64,000 bases of DNA, taken from the NCBI GenBank assembly GCA_016432465.1, contig CP066690.1, forward strand, positions 462,823 through 526,822, in the 5' to 3' direction. Positions 47,265-56,580 of this stretch are shown here, in pieces. The notes beneath the pieces were generated by a model that did not search any database, was not told the origin of the DNA, and was given only the letters and a program-made list of their open reading frames with translations. Made by a program: the position numbers and the translations under genes. The first letter of the stretch is position 1; the number at the start of each line of letters is the position of its first letter. This DNA is from Candidatus Sungiibacteriota bacterium. GTDB taxonomy: Bacteria > Patescibacteriota > Minisyncoccia > Sungbacterales > HO2-52-23.

Positions 47265-48535
47265 TTGACTCCATCGCAGGAACAGTTAAAAAAATTATAC
47301 CAAGGGGTGTTTTTTTATTTCTGCAGCCCTTGTATCATTTTTTCCTGGCATGGTTTGCGGCTCTTTTTTACGGCTTCCCCTCGCGGAATCTTACCGTGAT
47401 AGGGGTGACCGGCACCAAAGGAAAAACCACAGTAGTTGAGCTGGTTCGCGAGATACTAAAAAGGGGCGGGTATAAGGTTGCCTCTATTTCCTCGCTTAGT
47501 TTTGTAATCGGAGACCGCGAAGAACAAAATTTTTATAAAATGACTTTGCCGGGAAGATTTTTTGTGCAGCATTTTTTGCACCGCGCCCGCCGCAGTGGGT
47601 GCAAGTATGCGGTATTGGAAGTTACTTCCGAGGGCATAAAGCAATTTCGGCATCGTTTTATAAAATTTGACGTTGCGATTCTAACCAATGTCGCGTCGGA
47701 ACACATTGAGGCGCATGGAAGTTTTGAGAAGTACCTTCGCGCCAAGCTTGATCTTTTCTGGCGTCTTCCTAAAGAGGGTTTGGCGATTATTAACCAAGAT
47801 GATCCGCGGGCCGCTCGTTTTTCTGCCGCTACCGCAGCGCACAAAATGTATTATGGTAAAGATGCGGTAAATTCTCTTATTGTCAAACATTCAATGTTTG
47901 ACAACGGTGTGGAGTTTGAAGTTAACGGCGCGACCATACGTTCTCCGCTCATGGGCGAGTTTAATTTTTATAATATTTTGGCCGCAGCGGCAGTGGGATT
48001 AAGCCAGCAGATTTCACTTGAGAAAATTGCATCGGCCTTTTCTGGGGTTGATAATATTTCCGGCCGCATGGAGTTTATACAGCGTGAGCCATTTGCGGTG
48101 ATGGTGGACTATGCTCATACGCCGGATTCGTTGCGGCAGGTGTACAAGTTTTTGAGGCCCAAGAGCCAAAGATTGATATGTGTTTTGGGAGCGGCTGGCG
48201 GGGGGCGCGATAAGTGGAAGAGGCCAGAGTTCGGGAAAATTGCTTCTGAATTTTGCGACGAAATTATTTTAACCAACGAAGATCCATATGACGAGAATCC
48301 AGCGGCTATTATAGAGGACATAGAACGCGGCATCCCTACAAGCTACAAGCTAAAAGCTAAAAGCTTTCTTGATAGGCGCGAGGCTATTTATAATGCATTA
48401 AAATCAGCCCAAGCGGGAGACACGGTAGTTATTACCGGCAAGGGGGCCGAGCCGTGGATTATGGGACCGAATAATACGAAAATTCCGTGGGACGATCGTA
48501 GGGTTGTAAGAGAAGAGCTGCAAAAGCTTGATTAA
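47261..48535 (+). CDS. Mur ligase family protein (MurE/MurT-like) with an N-terminal TM segment
   Basis: P-loop IGVTGTKGKTTVVELV; Mur ligase middle domain motifs (DYAHTPDS; the conserved Lys region); next to femAB. Confidence 0.65.
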   Translation: MIDSIAGTVKKIIPRGVFLFLQPLYHFFLAWFAALFYGFPSRNLTVIGVTGTKGKTTVVELVREILKRGGYKVASISSLSFVIGDREEQNFYKMTLPGRFFVQHFLHRARRSGCKYAVLEVTSEGIKQFRHRFIKFDVAILTNVASEHIEAHGSFEKYLRAKLDLFWRLPKEGLAIINQDDPRAARFSAATAAHKMYYGKDAVNSLIVKHSMFDNGVEFEVNGATIRSPLMGEFNFYNILAAAAVGLSQQISLEKIASAFSGVDNISGRMEFIQREPFAVMVDYAHTPDSLRQVYKFLRPKSQRLICVLGAAGGGRDKWKRPEFGKIASEFCDEIILTNEDPYDENPAAIIEDIERGIPTSYKLKAKSFLDRREAIYNALKSAQAGDTVVITGKGAEPWIMGPNNTKIPWDDRRVVREELQKLD

Positions 48536-48559
48536 CAAAACGCCCCGTTAAAGGGCGTA

Positions 48560-50791
48560 CTAGAACAAGTTTCGACTACCGGCTGTGGGTGTCAGCCAAG
48601 GAGTATTTACTGATTTTCTAATTGCAGTGATTATTGCGTCTTTTTGTGGTGTATAATATTTCCAGAATGCCCCGGGCGGATGCGGACCGAAAGGTGCGGC
48701 TACTCTAGTTGGTTGGGATTTTGGCCGATATGTATATTCTGATTCCGATACGGCCGCAACTATTTCTGCGCCAATGCCGCCCTGACGCGGACATTCCTCC
48801 GCAGTAATTAGCCGCCCGGTTTTATTTACCGACTCTATGAGCATATCGGGATTGAACGGCGAGAGTACCCGTAGGTCAATAACCTCAACCGAAATACCGT
48901 CTGCCTTAACAGCTTCTGCGGCCTCAATCGCGGTATGCACCATTGCTCCGAAAGTTGCGATAGTTACGTTTTTACCTTTATGTGCAATGCGGTGTCCGAA
49001 TTCCTTTACTGATTTTTCCGGCGGCCTACGGACGAGTCTTCCCCTGATATTGTTGTACAGCTCTTTATGTTCAAAGAAAAGCACCGGCTCTCCCGTTGTT
49101 AAAACTGCGGCAGAAAGCATGTCGTACAAATCCTGAACCGTAGAGGGATATACCATATTAAGTCCCGGAGTATTTAGAAAGTGCGGTACAAGGCATTCGC
49201 GGTGTTTGGCCATATAATTTCCCCCTCCGTCGGGGAGACGAACAACTAAATGTAATTCTTCTCCATGCAGCAGGTAAATGTCTGCCGCCTCAATAATTTT
49301 CTCGCAGGCAATAGTTGCAAAACCAGAAAACTGAATTTCTATCACTGGCTTGAGACCGTACATAGCAGCGCCGGTGGCTACGGCCACAATACCGCGTTCA
49401 TCAAGCGGGGCGTCAATGCAGCGTTTGTCTCCGGCAATTTTCTGAAGAGGAAAAAATTTGTGTCCGGCCATTGAGGCATAATCAGGAAGGTGTTTTTTGA
49501 TATAGTCAGTGGGCAGAGCAGTAATCAGGTGCACGCCCCCAAGTGCTCCACCATCTTGTGCCAGCATGAAGACGCGTCTATCCCGCATCGTAGAATCATA
49601 GAGCGCAAAACGTAGGGCGTCGCCGCCAGTGGCGTTTTCAATGACTTCTGGCTCAACGCGCATCTTGGAAATAGCGTCAGCATCGCTCACTTTTCTGGCA
49701 GAACGGACCAACGAAGCGCCTCTATCAACGATTGCCTTACCTTTTCCATTTTTCAGCGCCTCTGCGAGTCTCTTATAAGAGTTCTCTGCTTCTTCTCTGA
49801 CGTAGGCAGTTGTCATACGACGCAGCTCTACATCTTCGGATTCTGTCCAATGAATTCCTAGAAGTTCTTCTGCTGATGGCGAGAGCAAAAAAGTAGAAGT
49901 CCTTCTAATGGCGTCGCGTTCGTCAAGTTGTTTCTTGAGCGCCGCCTCCTCTTCCTTGGTCAGTTGTAGGCCCGGGGCTCTATTGGTATGTTTTGCGCGC
50001 CTGTCCACCATAAGTTCAATCAGGGCCGGCCTTTTATTTTCTTCAATCCAAGCACGCATTTTTTTAGTGATGGCATACACTGCTATGGGGTCTCTTCCGT
50101 CAACGCGTATTGCGTTAAGGCCGAAGCCTCGGGCTTTTTGCAGGATAGGAACCGCGCCCTGCAGTTCAGTTGGAGTGGCGATGGCAATGCCGTTATTCAG
50201 GCATAAGAACAAAACCTGCGTCCTAAACCTTGCGGCCCAATTAAGGGCGGTTGCAAAATCAGCAGTTGCGGTTGCGCCGTCGCCAAAGTAAGTAGCGACT
50301 ACCGGTTCTTTTTCTCCAATAATCTTTGGTGCCAAAGCAATTCCCACCGCCAGCGGCATATTTGTACCCACAACCCCATAGGGCGGGTCAACTTTCTTTT
50401 CAAGCGATATTTTTATAATTTCTGGATTCGGAACGCCGAAAAATAGATCAAAAATAATCGGGATACTGATTCGCCGGGCGTAAGCAACTTCGTGAGAGCG
50501 CGCATAGTAGAGAATTCTGTCACCTCTTTTTAACGCATATACGCTGGCCAGGGCCGCTTCTTCTCCTTCCGGAGAAATGTAAATAGTCATCAGTGGTTCC
50601 CGGTCGTTGGGTGGTCGCGTTCCTTCCTCCATTCCGCATATCCCGAGTTGGCGCATATTCAGCATATCTCTGTAGATTTTGTGCAGCGTCTCCCCATCCG
50701 GCCAAAACTTTCGTAAAAGGTCGCGATCAGTCACGGAGCCATCAGGTGCGAGAATCTGCACCATCGGTAGCTCTTCGTGCGGGTTTCCCAT
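48560..50791 (-). CDS. TPP-dependent 2-oxoacid dehydrogenase E1 component, fused alpha plus beta
   Basis: 743 aa; N-terminal E1-alpha TPP-binding region (GDGATATADF); C-terminal transketolase-like pyrimidine-binding and C-terminal domains. Confidence 0.65.
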   Translation of the reverse strand: MGNPHEELPMVQILAPDGSVTDRDLLRKFWPDGETLHKIYRDMLNMRQLGICGMEEGTRPPNDREPLMTIYISPEGEEAALASVYALKRGDRILYYARSHEVAYARRISIPIIFDLFFGVPNPEIIKISLEKKVDPPYGVVGTNMPLAVGIALAPKIIGEKEPVVATYFGDGATATADFATALNWAARFRTQVLFLCLNNGIAIATPTELQGAVPILQKARGFGLNAIRVDGRDPIAVYAITKKMRAWIEENKRPALIELMVDRRAKHTNRAPGLQLTKEEEAALKKQLDERDAIRRTSTFLLSPSAEELLGIHWTESEDVELRRMTTAYVREEAENSYKRLAEALKNGKGKAIVDRGASLVRSARKVSDADAISKMRVEPEVIENATGGDALRFALYDSTMRDRRVFMLAQDGGALGGVHLITALPTDYIKKHLPDYASMAGHKFFPLQKIAGDKRCIDAPLDERGIVAVATGAAMYGLKPVIEIQFSGFATIACEKIIEAADIYLLHGEELHLVVRLPDGGGNYMAKHRECLVPHFLNTPGLNMVYPSTVQDLYDMLSAAVLTTGEPVLFFEHKELYNNIRGRLVRRPPEKSVKEFGHRIAHKGKNVTIATFGAMVHTAIEAAEAVKADGISVEVIDLRVLSPFNPDMLIESVNKTGRLITAEECPRQGGIGAEIVAAVSESEYTYRPKSQPTRVAAPFGPHPPGAFWKYYTPQKDAIITAIRKSVNTPWLTPTAGSRNLF

Positions 50792-50903
50792 TTTTCACCT
50801 TGTCAGAGAGCGAATTTCGTGGTAATCGTATCACGATTAGACCCTGCGGTCAAGGAAATACCCGCAAGTTGCAACGTTGTGTTTATTCGTTATACTAAAA
50901 CTC

Positions 50904-51077
50904 ATGTCCAGAACGGAACTGCCGAATTCAATTCGCAAATTTTTGCGCCGCGAAAAAGCCCGGATACGCCGGGGGGTTTTTGATTCCGAAGAAGCAGAGA
51001 AGAGAATAAGTGAACTTGTCGCTAAAACCTTTATGGTGTACTCTAAAAAAAGATTAAAGAATAAACCATCAAAATGA
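50904..51077 (+). CDS. small basic hypothetical protein (57 aa)
   Basis: MSRTELPNSIRKFLRREKARIRRGVFDSEEAEKRISELVAKTF...; preceded by TTGCAA-16-TATACT. The 50877 start in the track would lie inside the promoter. Confidence 0.35.
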   Translation: MSRTELPNSIRKFLRREKARIRRGVFDSEEAEKRISELVAKTFMVYSKKRLKNKPSK

Positions 51078-51277
51078 AAAATCACAACCACGATCTTATT
51101 CACCAGCTCTCTGAAGACCTTGATTCGCTCTGGAGGTATAAAGAATATATAAAAAATGCCAAGGGCTGTAGGCACTGCATCTCTATGTGGCGGCGGCTGG
51201 AAGAGCTGGATCAGACCAAAGTAACGCTTCTGCGTGAGGAGATTGAACGGCACATCAAAGAAAAGAGGTTTGATTAG
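51074..51277 (+). CDS. small hypothetical protein (67 aa); its start overlaps the previous stop as ATGA
   Basis: Charged helical composition and translational coupling. Confidence 0.35.
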   Translation: MKNHNHDLIHQLSEDLDSLWRYKEYIKNAKGCRHCISMWRRLEELDQTKVTLLREEIERHIKEKRFD

Positions 51278-51340
51278 TTGTTTTGATTTTTTCACCAAAC
51301 AGCGTAACATAATAGATAGATCCAATAGCATTGGGTTGGC

Positions 51341-51820
51341 GTGGAACACGAGGCGGCAGATCCCACAACAATTGTTGTTTATTACGACTGTTGCGTCCCA
51401 TGGAATGCGGTTACCAATCTTCTTGAGCCGGCCCTTGGTTTTGCACACCACCTTTCCTGCCGTAAACTTTTCCCCGAACAGATTTACCGAAACGACCCGC
51501 TGCTTTTTGGCGCCGTTGACGAATATCATAAAATAAATTTTCCTCGGCAGCTTTGTGTCTTTGTTACTACCGACGAAGGTTTTAAAACGCAAGTAGTACG
51601 GCATCCGGCTTTCGGAAGTTCTGTTATTTTTATCTATTGGGAGGCCGTGGGCACTTCGTACGAAACCAATTGGTTGTGGGCCAAAGATGTGGCGCGAAGA
51701 CTGCTGGAGGCTTTTATGGAGATGCGCTATATAAAATCTCGACGTCTTGTTTCCCGGGAGGACTTTTGCAGAGAAGCAGGATTAGTTTTGAAGAAAAGTT
51801 TTCTTCTCCCCGCCGCTTAA
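51341..51820 (+). CDS. hypothetical protein (GTG start)
   Basis: 159 aa; immediately followed by a terminator hairpin, which supports plus-strand expression. Confidence 0.35.
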   Translation: MEHEAADPTTIVVYYDCCVPWNAVTNLLEPALGFAHHLSCRKLFPEQIYRNDPLLFGAVDEYHKINFPRQLCVFVTTDEGFKTQVVRHPAFGSSVIFIYWEAVGTSYETNWLWAKDVARRLLEAFMEMRYIKSRRLVSREDFCREAGLVLKKSFLLPAA

Positions 51821-51834
51821 GGCGGCCTTTTTTA
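51811..51834 (+). terminator. rho-independent terminator GCCGCTTAAGGCGGC followed by CTTTTTT
   Basis: Hairpin overlapping the stop of the 51341-51820 ORF. Confidence 0.45.
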
Positions 51835-51863
51835 ACTAAGGATATTGTAGTACTATACTTCAT

Positions 51864-52616
51864 ATGCGGCCGCTCTGGGTTATTTTACTTTTGGTATTCT
51901 TGGGTGGGGCGGGTTATCTTGCCTTTTTCCGAGAAACAGTGCAGCGGGGCGCGATAAAAGGCGCAACGTTTATGAGCGAACCCATAGTCGTAAAAACAAG
52001 GGATGGGGTCACAATTGCTGGGGATTTTTACTCCGGTGGAAGCAGAGGCGTTTTATTCCTTCATATGATGCCTGCGAATAGAAAAAGTTGGACTGCTTTT
52101 GCGGAAAAATTGCAAAGCGCCGGATTTTCGGCGCTTGCCATTGATCTTCGTGGGCACGGCGAATCGCAAGGAGGACCGGAGGGGTATAAAAAATTTTCCG
52201 ACGAGGAACACCAAGCGTCACGTTTGGACGTTGAGGCGGCCGCCGAGTTTTTGAAAGAAAAAGGGGTCGTCGAACTTTCTCTTGCCGGCGCGTCCATTGG
52301 AGCAAATCTCGCGCTGCAGTATCTTGTGGATAAGGCGGAGGCGCATTCTGCGATTTTACTTTCCCCGGGGCTTGATTATCGCGGAGTCAAAATAGACTCC
52401 GCCCTGCAGCGGTTGCAGACAAATCAGGGAGTATACTTAGTTGCGAGCGAAGAAGATTCTTATTCGTTTGAGTCCGTGCAGATGCTTGCCACCCAGACCC
52501 CTCTTAGCGATAAGCGTGTATTGAAAATTTTCCAGAACTCGGGACACGGCACCGTCATGCTTGAGCAAAACGCGGAGTTTATGGATGAGCTGATAGGCTG
52601 GCTTAAAAAATTTTAA
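51864..52616 (+). CDS. membrane-anchored alpha/beta-fold hydrolase
   Basis: HGxxxxxGG-type AIDLRGHGESQG; nucleophile elbow GASIGANLA; catalytic His near the C-terminus. Confidence 0.65.
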   Translation: MRPLWVILLLVFLGGAGYLAFFRETVQRGAIKGATFMSEPIVVKTRDGVTIAGDFYSGGSRGVLFLHMMPANRKSWTAFAEKLQSAGFSALAIDLRGHGESQGGPEGYKKFSDEEHQASRLDVEAAAEFLKEKGVVELSLAGASIGANLALQYLVDKAEAHSAILLSPGLDYRGVKIDSALQRLQTNQGVYLVASEEDSYSFESVQMLATQTPLSDKRVLKIFQNSGHGTVMLEQNAEFMDELIGWLKKF

Positions 52617-52654
52617 AGGTCGCGTTTCGTTTATTAGTTTTAGTTCAAATTTTT

Positions 52655-53044
52655 ATGATTGAATCACTGCTAAATCCTCCCTTGGCGCATTTCATTCTCC
52701 GTGTTGTCTTGGGGGTTTTAATAGTAGCTCACGGCTACCCTAAATTATTTAAAGGTTTTTCTGGATTTGCCGGCTGGCTTGACTCTATTGGGCTAAGGCC
52801 CGGCAAATTCTGGGCACTGGTTGCGGGGGCGGTAGAGTTTCTTGGAGGCATATTTTTGATTCTTGGTTTGTGGGTGCAGGTTGTGGCCATACTTTTTGCC
52901 ATCCAGATGCTGGTGGCTATGTGGAAAGTAAAATGGGGCAAGGTTGGCCTTACGGCACAGGGCGGCTGGGAACTTGACTTGATTTACCTTGCGGTAGCGA
53001 TCGCGCTGGCCCTCATGGGCCCGGGTTATTACGTAATTTTTTAA
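52655..53044 (+). CDS. DoxX-family membrane protein
   Basis: 129 aa; four TM helices; typical DoxX start LRVVLGVLIVAHGYPKL. Confidence 0.7.
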   Translation: MIESLLNPPLAHFILRVVLGVLIVAHGYPKLFKGFSGFAGWLDSIGLRPGKFWALVAGAVEFLGGIFLILGLWVQVVAILFAIQMLVAMWKVKWGKVGLTAQGGWELDLIYLAVAIALALMGPGYYVIF

Positions 53045-54462
53045 TGTCTTTTCGGGCTACGTTGGTTATTGTTGTCTCGGTTTTCGCGCTTTTACTTGGC
53101 GCGCTTTTTGCCCTGCCCGTTTATAAAAAAGAATACGCCAAAGTTGAAATTAAGGGCGTTTCTCTTTTGGTTGAGGTGGCGCGCGATTCTCAATCGCGCG
53201 CCCGAGGCCTTGCCGGCCGCGATAAGATTCCGGCGCAGGGCGGTATGCTTTTTGTTTTTGATCAACCAGCCGCCTACGGCATCTGGATGAAAGATATGAA
53301 AATTCCCATTGATATTTTCTGGATTAAAAACGGGGTAGTGGTTGATTTGGAGGAAAACGTGATCCCGTTCAAGAGCGGCTTGAGAGATACCTCCCCGCCG
53401 ATTTTTAGGCCAGACGTTACGGCGCTTTACGTTTTGGAAACTTCCGCCGGACTGGCCCAAAAACACGGTATAAAAATAGGAGATGAGATAAAAACATTTT
53501 TCAGAAACGAATTTGCCCAAATTGCTTCTCCGACCGCAGTCGCCGTGGAGGAGCCTCCGCCGGTTGGCGGCGAATATTTTATTGAGACCCTGCGTCTTGC
53601 TCCTGCCGAGGGAGGAGAGTTTAAAATAAAAAAACTTCTCACCAAAAATAAGTTCTACCGCAAATTTGCGATTAGCTACAAATCCGGCAAATTCGCCGTA
53701 AGCGGGGTTATGAACGTTCCTATGGGCGCTATACCACGGGGCGGATTCCCGGTGCTTATCTTAAACCACGGTCTGATCTCTCCCGAGATTTATTATACCG
53801 GCCGCGGTTCTCGTCGGGAGCAGGATTTTTTTGCGCGCCAGGGTTATATAACTATCCATCCCGATTATCGGGGCTTGGGCGAAACTGACCCTAAATTAGT
53901 TTGTCCCTCTACCCTAAGTTACACCAAGGACGGCTGCCACCATGATTTTTATGTTGGCTATACGGATGACCTCGTAAATCTGGTTGATGCCTTAAAAAAA
54001 TTAAATTCAAAATTAATTGATGTAAAACGTATGGGCATGTGGGGACATTCTATGGGCGGAGGTATGGCGGCGCGAGTTATGGTTTTGAATCCTGACATAC
54101 GAGCCTATGTTTTATTTGCTCCCATTAGCGCGGACGTGGAGGATAATTTTTATGAATTGAAATCAAAAGAAATAACGTGGCTGCGGGAGACTTACGGAAT
54201 GGGAAGCGAGGTTTATAAAAAAATGTCGCCGCTGACTTATTTTGCGGAAGTCCAAGCGCCGGTGCAGCTGCATCACGCGTCAACTGATAAAGACGTTCCG
54301 GTTGAATTTTCAGAGAAAATGTACGAGGCGCTAAAAAACTCCGGCAAAAAAGTGGAGTTTTATAAATATCCGGGCGAAGGACACGAATTTGGAGATGCCT
54401 GGTCTTTAGCCGCAGAGCGCGCCCTGCAGTTTTTTGATAAGTATGTGAAGGGGGCTCGGTGA
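53044..54462 (+). CDS. fusion of a DUF192 (COG1430) domain with an alpha/beta-hydrolase (S9/dienelactone-hydrolase-like) domain
   Basis: The N-terminal ARGLAGRDKIPAQGGMLFVFDQPAAYGIWMKDMKIPIDIFWI matches DUF192; the C-terminus has GMWGHSMGGGMAA (GxSxG) and a catalytic His. Confidence 0.6.
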   Translation: MSFRATLVIVVSVFALLLGALFALPVYKKEYAKVEIKGVSLLVEVARDSQSRARGLAGRDKIPAQGGMLFVFDQPAAYGIWMKDMKIPIDIFWIKNGVVVDLEENVIPFKSGLRDTSPPIFRPDVTALYVLETSAGLAQKHGIKIGDEIKTFFRNEFAQIASPTAVAVEEPPPVGGEYFIETLRLAPAEGGEFKIKKLLTKNKFYRKFAISYKSGKFAVSGVMNVPMGAIPRGGFPVLILNHGLISPEIYYTGRGSRREQDFFARQGYITIHPDYRGLGETDPKLVCPSTLSYTKDGCHHDFYVGYTDDLVNLVDALKKLNSKLIDVKRMGMWGHSMGGGMAARVMVLNPDIRAYVLFAPISADVEDNFYELKSKEITWLRETYGMGSEVYKKMSPLTYFAEVQAPVQLHHASTDKDVPVEFSEKMYEALKNSGKKVEFYKYPGEGHEFGDAWSLAAERALQFFDKYVKGAR

Positions 54463-54767
54463 TCACGCGGTTCCCTCGGTATTTTGTTTTCGCGACACGA
54501 CTCGGCCGCTCCAGTGCCTAGGCCCTTCGGGCCGGCATCTCCCTAGGCATTTCAGGCCGGGATCCCGGTCCGCAGACCTAGGGACCGGCGGCTTCGCCGC
54601 CTAGGGACGGCGGCCTCGCTAAGAGTCGGCGTAGCTTTCCTCGCAACGCTCGGAACCAAGCAAGCCACGCCTCCTATTGTCGCGAGAAACAAAATACCTC
54701 GACCGCGCGATTACGCTCGCTATAACGTATACTCCCCCCGAAAACATATCGACTCGACCGTTTTAAT
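54463..54767. repeat. GC-rich hairpin-dense intergenic repeat of the CCTAGG palindromic family (copy B)
   Basis: The core at 54494-54620 is homologous to 26841-26965 and has four CCTAGG sites. Confidence 0.55.
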
Positions 54768-54803
54768 TTGATTTTTAAACGCGGTTCTGTTATACTTTTT
54801 CTC

Positions 54804-55625
54804 ATGCGTGATACTCTGGTCATAGATATTGAAACCAAAAAATCTTTTGCCGAGGTTGGCGGAGAAAAAAACATACGCGAACTTGGTATTTCGGTTGCGG
54901 GCGTCTATTCATATGCAAAGGACGCCTTTTTTGCGTTTGAGGAACAGGAACTGCCCAAGCTTGAAGACCTGCTTAGTGATACCGGCCACATCATTGGGTT
55001 TAATATAAACCATTTTGATATTCCGGTAATGGAGCCGTATTTGGACGGTGTTTCTTTTGCAAAGTTTGCCGTAACCGATATGTTTGAAGACGCGGTCAAT
55101 TTTTTGGGACACCGCGTGGGGTTGGACGGATTGGCCAAGGCAACGCTGGGTAGCGGAAAAACAGGCCACGGTCTTGAGGCCTTGGAGTGGTTTAAGCAGG
55201 GAAGAATTGAGGAGGTAAAAAAGTACTGTTTAGACGATGTTCGCCTGACACGCGATCTTTATGAATACGGCAAAAAGCACGACCACCTGCTTTTTGAGTC
55301 CTTTATAGACGGGAAAATTCACTCTATTCCAGTTTCTTGGGGCAAAGAAATAAAAAAGCCAATTTTGCAAATTCTGGAGGAGGCATTTGATAGTCGCCAA
55401 CGACTCTCCATAGAGTATGTTTCTTCCGAAGATAGCGACGGCCTCGGGTTTAAAAAAGCGCGGCTGATTGATGTTTATAAAATAAAACCCAACGGGGAGA
55501 TTGAAGCGTATTGCCACCTGCGTCAGGGATTGAGAAATTTTAGAATAAATCGTATATTGAAGGCAGAGCCAACGAGTGATTCTTACTCGGTTCCTCAAGA
55601 TTTTCAACACACACTTTTTACTTAA
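54804..55625 (+). CDS. DEDD-type 3-prime to 5-prime exonuclease fused to a C-terminal WYL-like domain
   Basis: Exo I motif LVIDIET; Exo II motif GFNINHFDIPV; Exo III motif YCLDDVRLTRDLY; C-terminal YCHLRQGLRNFRINRI resembles the WYL FR..RI signature. Confidence 0.55.
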   Translation: MRDTLVIDIETKKSFAEVGGEKNIRELGISVAGVYSYAKDAFFAFEEQELPKLEDLLSDTGHIIGFNINHFDIPVMEPYLDGVSFAKFAVTDMFEDAVNFLGHRVGLDGLAKATLGSGKTGHGLEALEWFKQGRIEEVKKYCLDDVRLTRDLYEYGKKHDHLLFESFIDGKIHSIPVSWGKEIKKPILQILEEAFDSRQRLSIEYVSSEDSDGLGFKKARLIDVYKIKPNGEIEAYCHLRQGLRNFRINRILKAEPTSDSYSVPQDFQHTLFT

Positions 55626-55627
55626 CA

Positions 55628-56119
55628 ATGTTCAATCAGGAGATAACATTTTATAGCCAAACTCTGGGGAGGTTAAACTTTGAGGACATGATCCGCGAGG
55701 TCGTTAAATTTGTAAAAAGCCAGCCGCAGAGATTTTATAAAATCATTATCGGTACTGACTCCGAAGCGTCCAGTCCGGTTTCTCTGGTAACCGCAGTAAC
55801 TATCTGGAGGGTGGGCAACGGCGCCATACATTTTTGGACAAAATCGGAGGAAAGGAAATTCGTCACCCTGCGCGATCGCATCTGGCAGGAAGCCATAAGT
55901 TCCATTACTATGGCGCAGGAAGTACGCGGACGCCTCAAAGAAGTTTTGGGGGATGAATTTTTCTGGGACGGCAACGAAGTTCACGTTGACATCGGCGAGA
56001 ACGGGCCGACCAAGGAACTTATTGATTCTGTGGTGGGGATGATAAAAGGATATAATTTTGAACCGGTCATAAAACCGTACGCCTTTGGCGCATCTACCGT
56101 CGCCGACAAGCACACCTAG
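55628..56119 (+). CDS. YkuK/DUF458-family RNase H-like protein
   Basis: 163 aa; IIGTDSE...VTAVTIWRVGNGA...VHVDIGENGPTKELIDSVVGMIKGYNFEPVIKPYAFGASTVADKHT matches the YkuK pattern. Confidence 0.6.
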   Translation: MFNQEITFYSQTLGRLNFEDMIREVVKFVKSQPQRFYKIIIGTDSEASSPVSLVTAVTIWRVGNGAIHFWTKSEERKFVTLRDRIWQEAISSITMAQEVRGRLKEVLGDEFFWDGNEVHVDIGENGPTKELIDSVVGMIKGYNFEPVIKPYAFGASTVADKHT

Positions 56120-56177
56120 CTTCCGAGGAAGTTAAATTAATAATACGACAGCATAACAATAGCCCCTTTTGGGGCTA

Positions 56178-56206
56178 TTGACTTTTAAGTATTTTTGAAG
56201 TATAAT
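56178..56206 (+). promoter_or_regulatory. strong sigma70-like promoter TTGACT-17-TATAAT driving the tRNA-cluster transcript
   Basis: Consensus -10 and 5/6 -35 hexamers with a 17-nt spacer, immediately after the YkuK terminator hairpin ATAGCCCCTTTTTGGGGCTAT. Confidence 0.5.
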
Positions 56207-56249
56207 TAAAGTATACAGATACTGTGGGGAGGGGTCTAGGGGAATACGT

Positions 56250-56330
56250 GTAATTTAATTCGGGGCTCTCCGCTCCCGTCCCTCCTCGGCGAGCTCGCCC
56301 TTCGGGCGAAGGGGCCCCGAATTAAATTAC
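56250..56330 (+). repeat. 81-nt hairpin with perfect 17-bp arms (GTAATTTAATTCGGGGC ... GCCCCGAATTAAATTAC) enclosing a GC-rich core, in the tRNA leader
   Basis: Perfect inverted repeat seen directly; the core carries further GC hairpins (GCCCTTCGGGC). Confidence 0.5.
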
Positions 56331-56468
56331 AGGGATCTTTGAATTTAAGAGGGGACTATTGTGACCGTCCAAACAGGGGGGCAAGTGGGACACTCACTAA
56401 ATCACAAATTGGGGTGTTTTCTCACCGTGTCCTCCGATTTGGGCGGTCAAAAGGCCGCAGAAACGGTT

Positions 56469-56544
56469 GGGCCCGTAGCTCAACTGGCAGAGCCTCCGGC
56501 TCATAACCGGCAGGTTCCTGGTTCGAGTCCAGGCGGGCCCACCA
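56469..56544 (+). tRNA. tRNA-Met (anticodon CAT; elongator-type G1-C72; could alternatively be tRNA-Ile2), CCA encoded
   Basis: Hand-folded cloverleaf: acceptor GGGCCCG/CGGGCCC, D arm GCTC..GAGC, anticodon loop CTCATAA, T arm CCTGG-TTCGAGT-CCAGG. Confidence 0.85.
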
Positions 56545-56580
56545 AATAGTTTCTAAACAGGACAGAAAGGAGGATGTCAC

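Noticed and set aside
50837-51604. 255-aa minus-strand ORF upstream of the E1 dehydrogenase gene
   Set aside because: Its F/L/S/I-rich low-complexity translation is the antisense shadow of the Glu/Lys/Arg-rich small plus-strand genes (50904-51277, 51341-51820). Those genes have a promoter, ATGA coupling and a downstream terminator.
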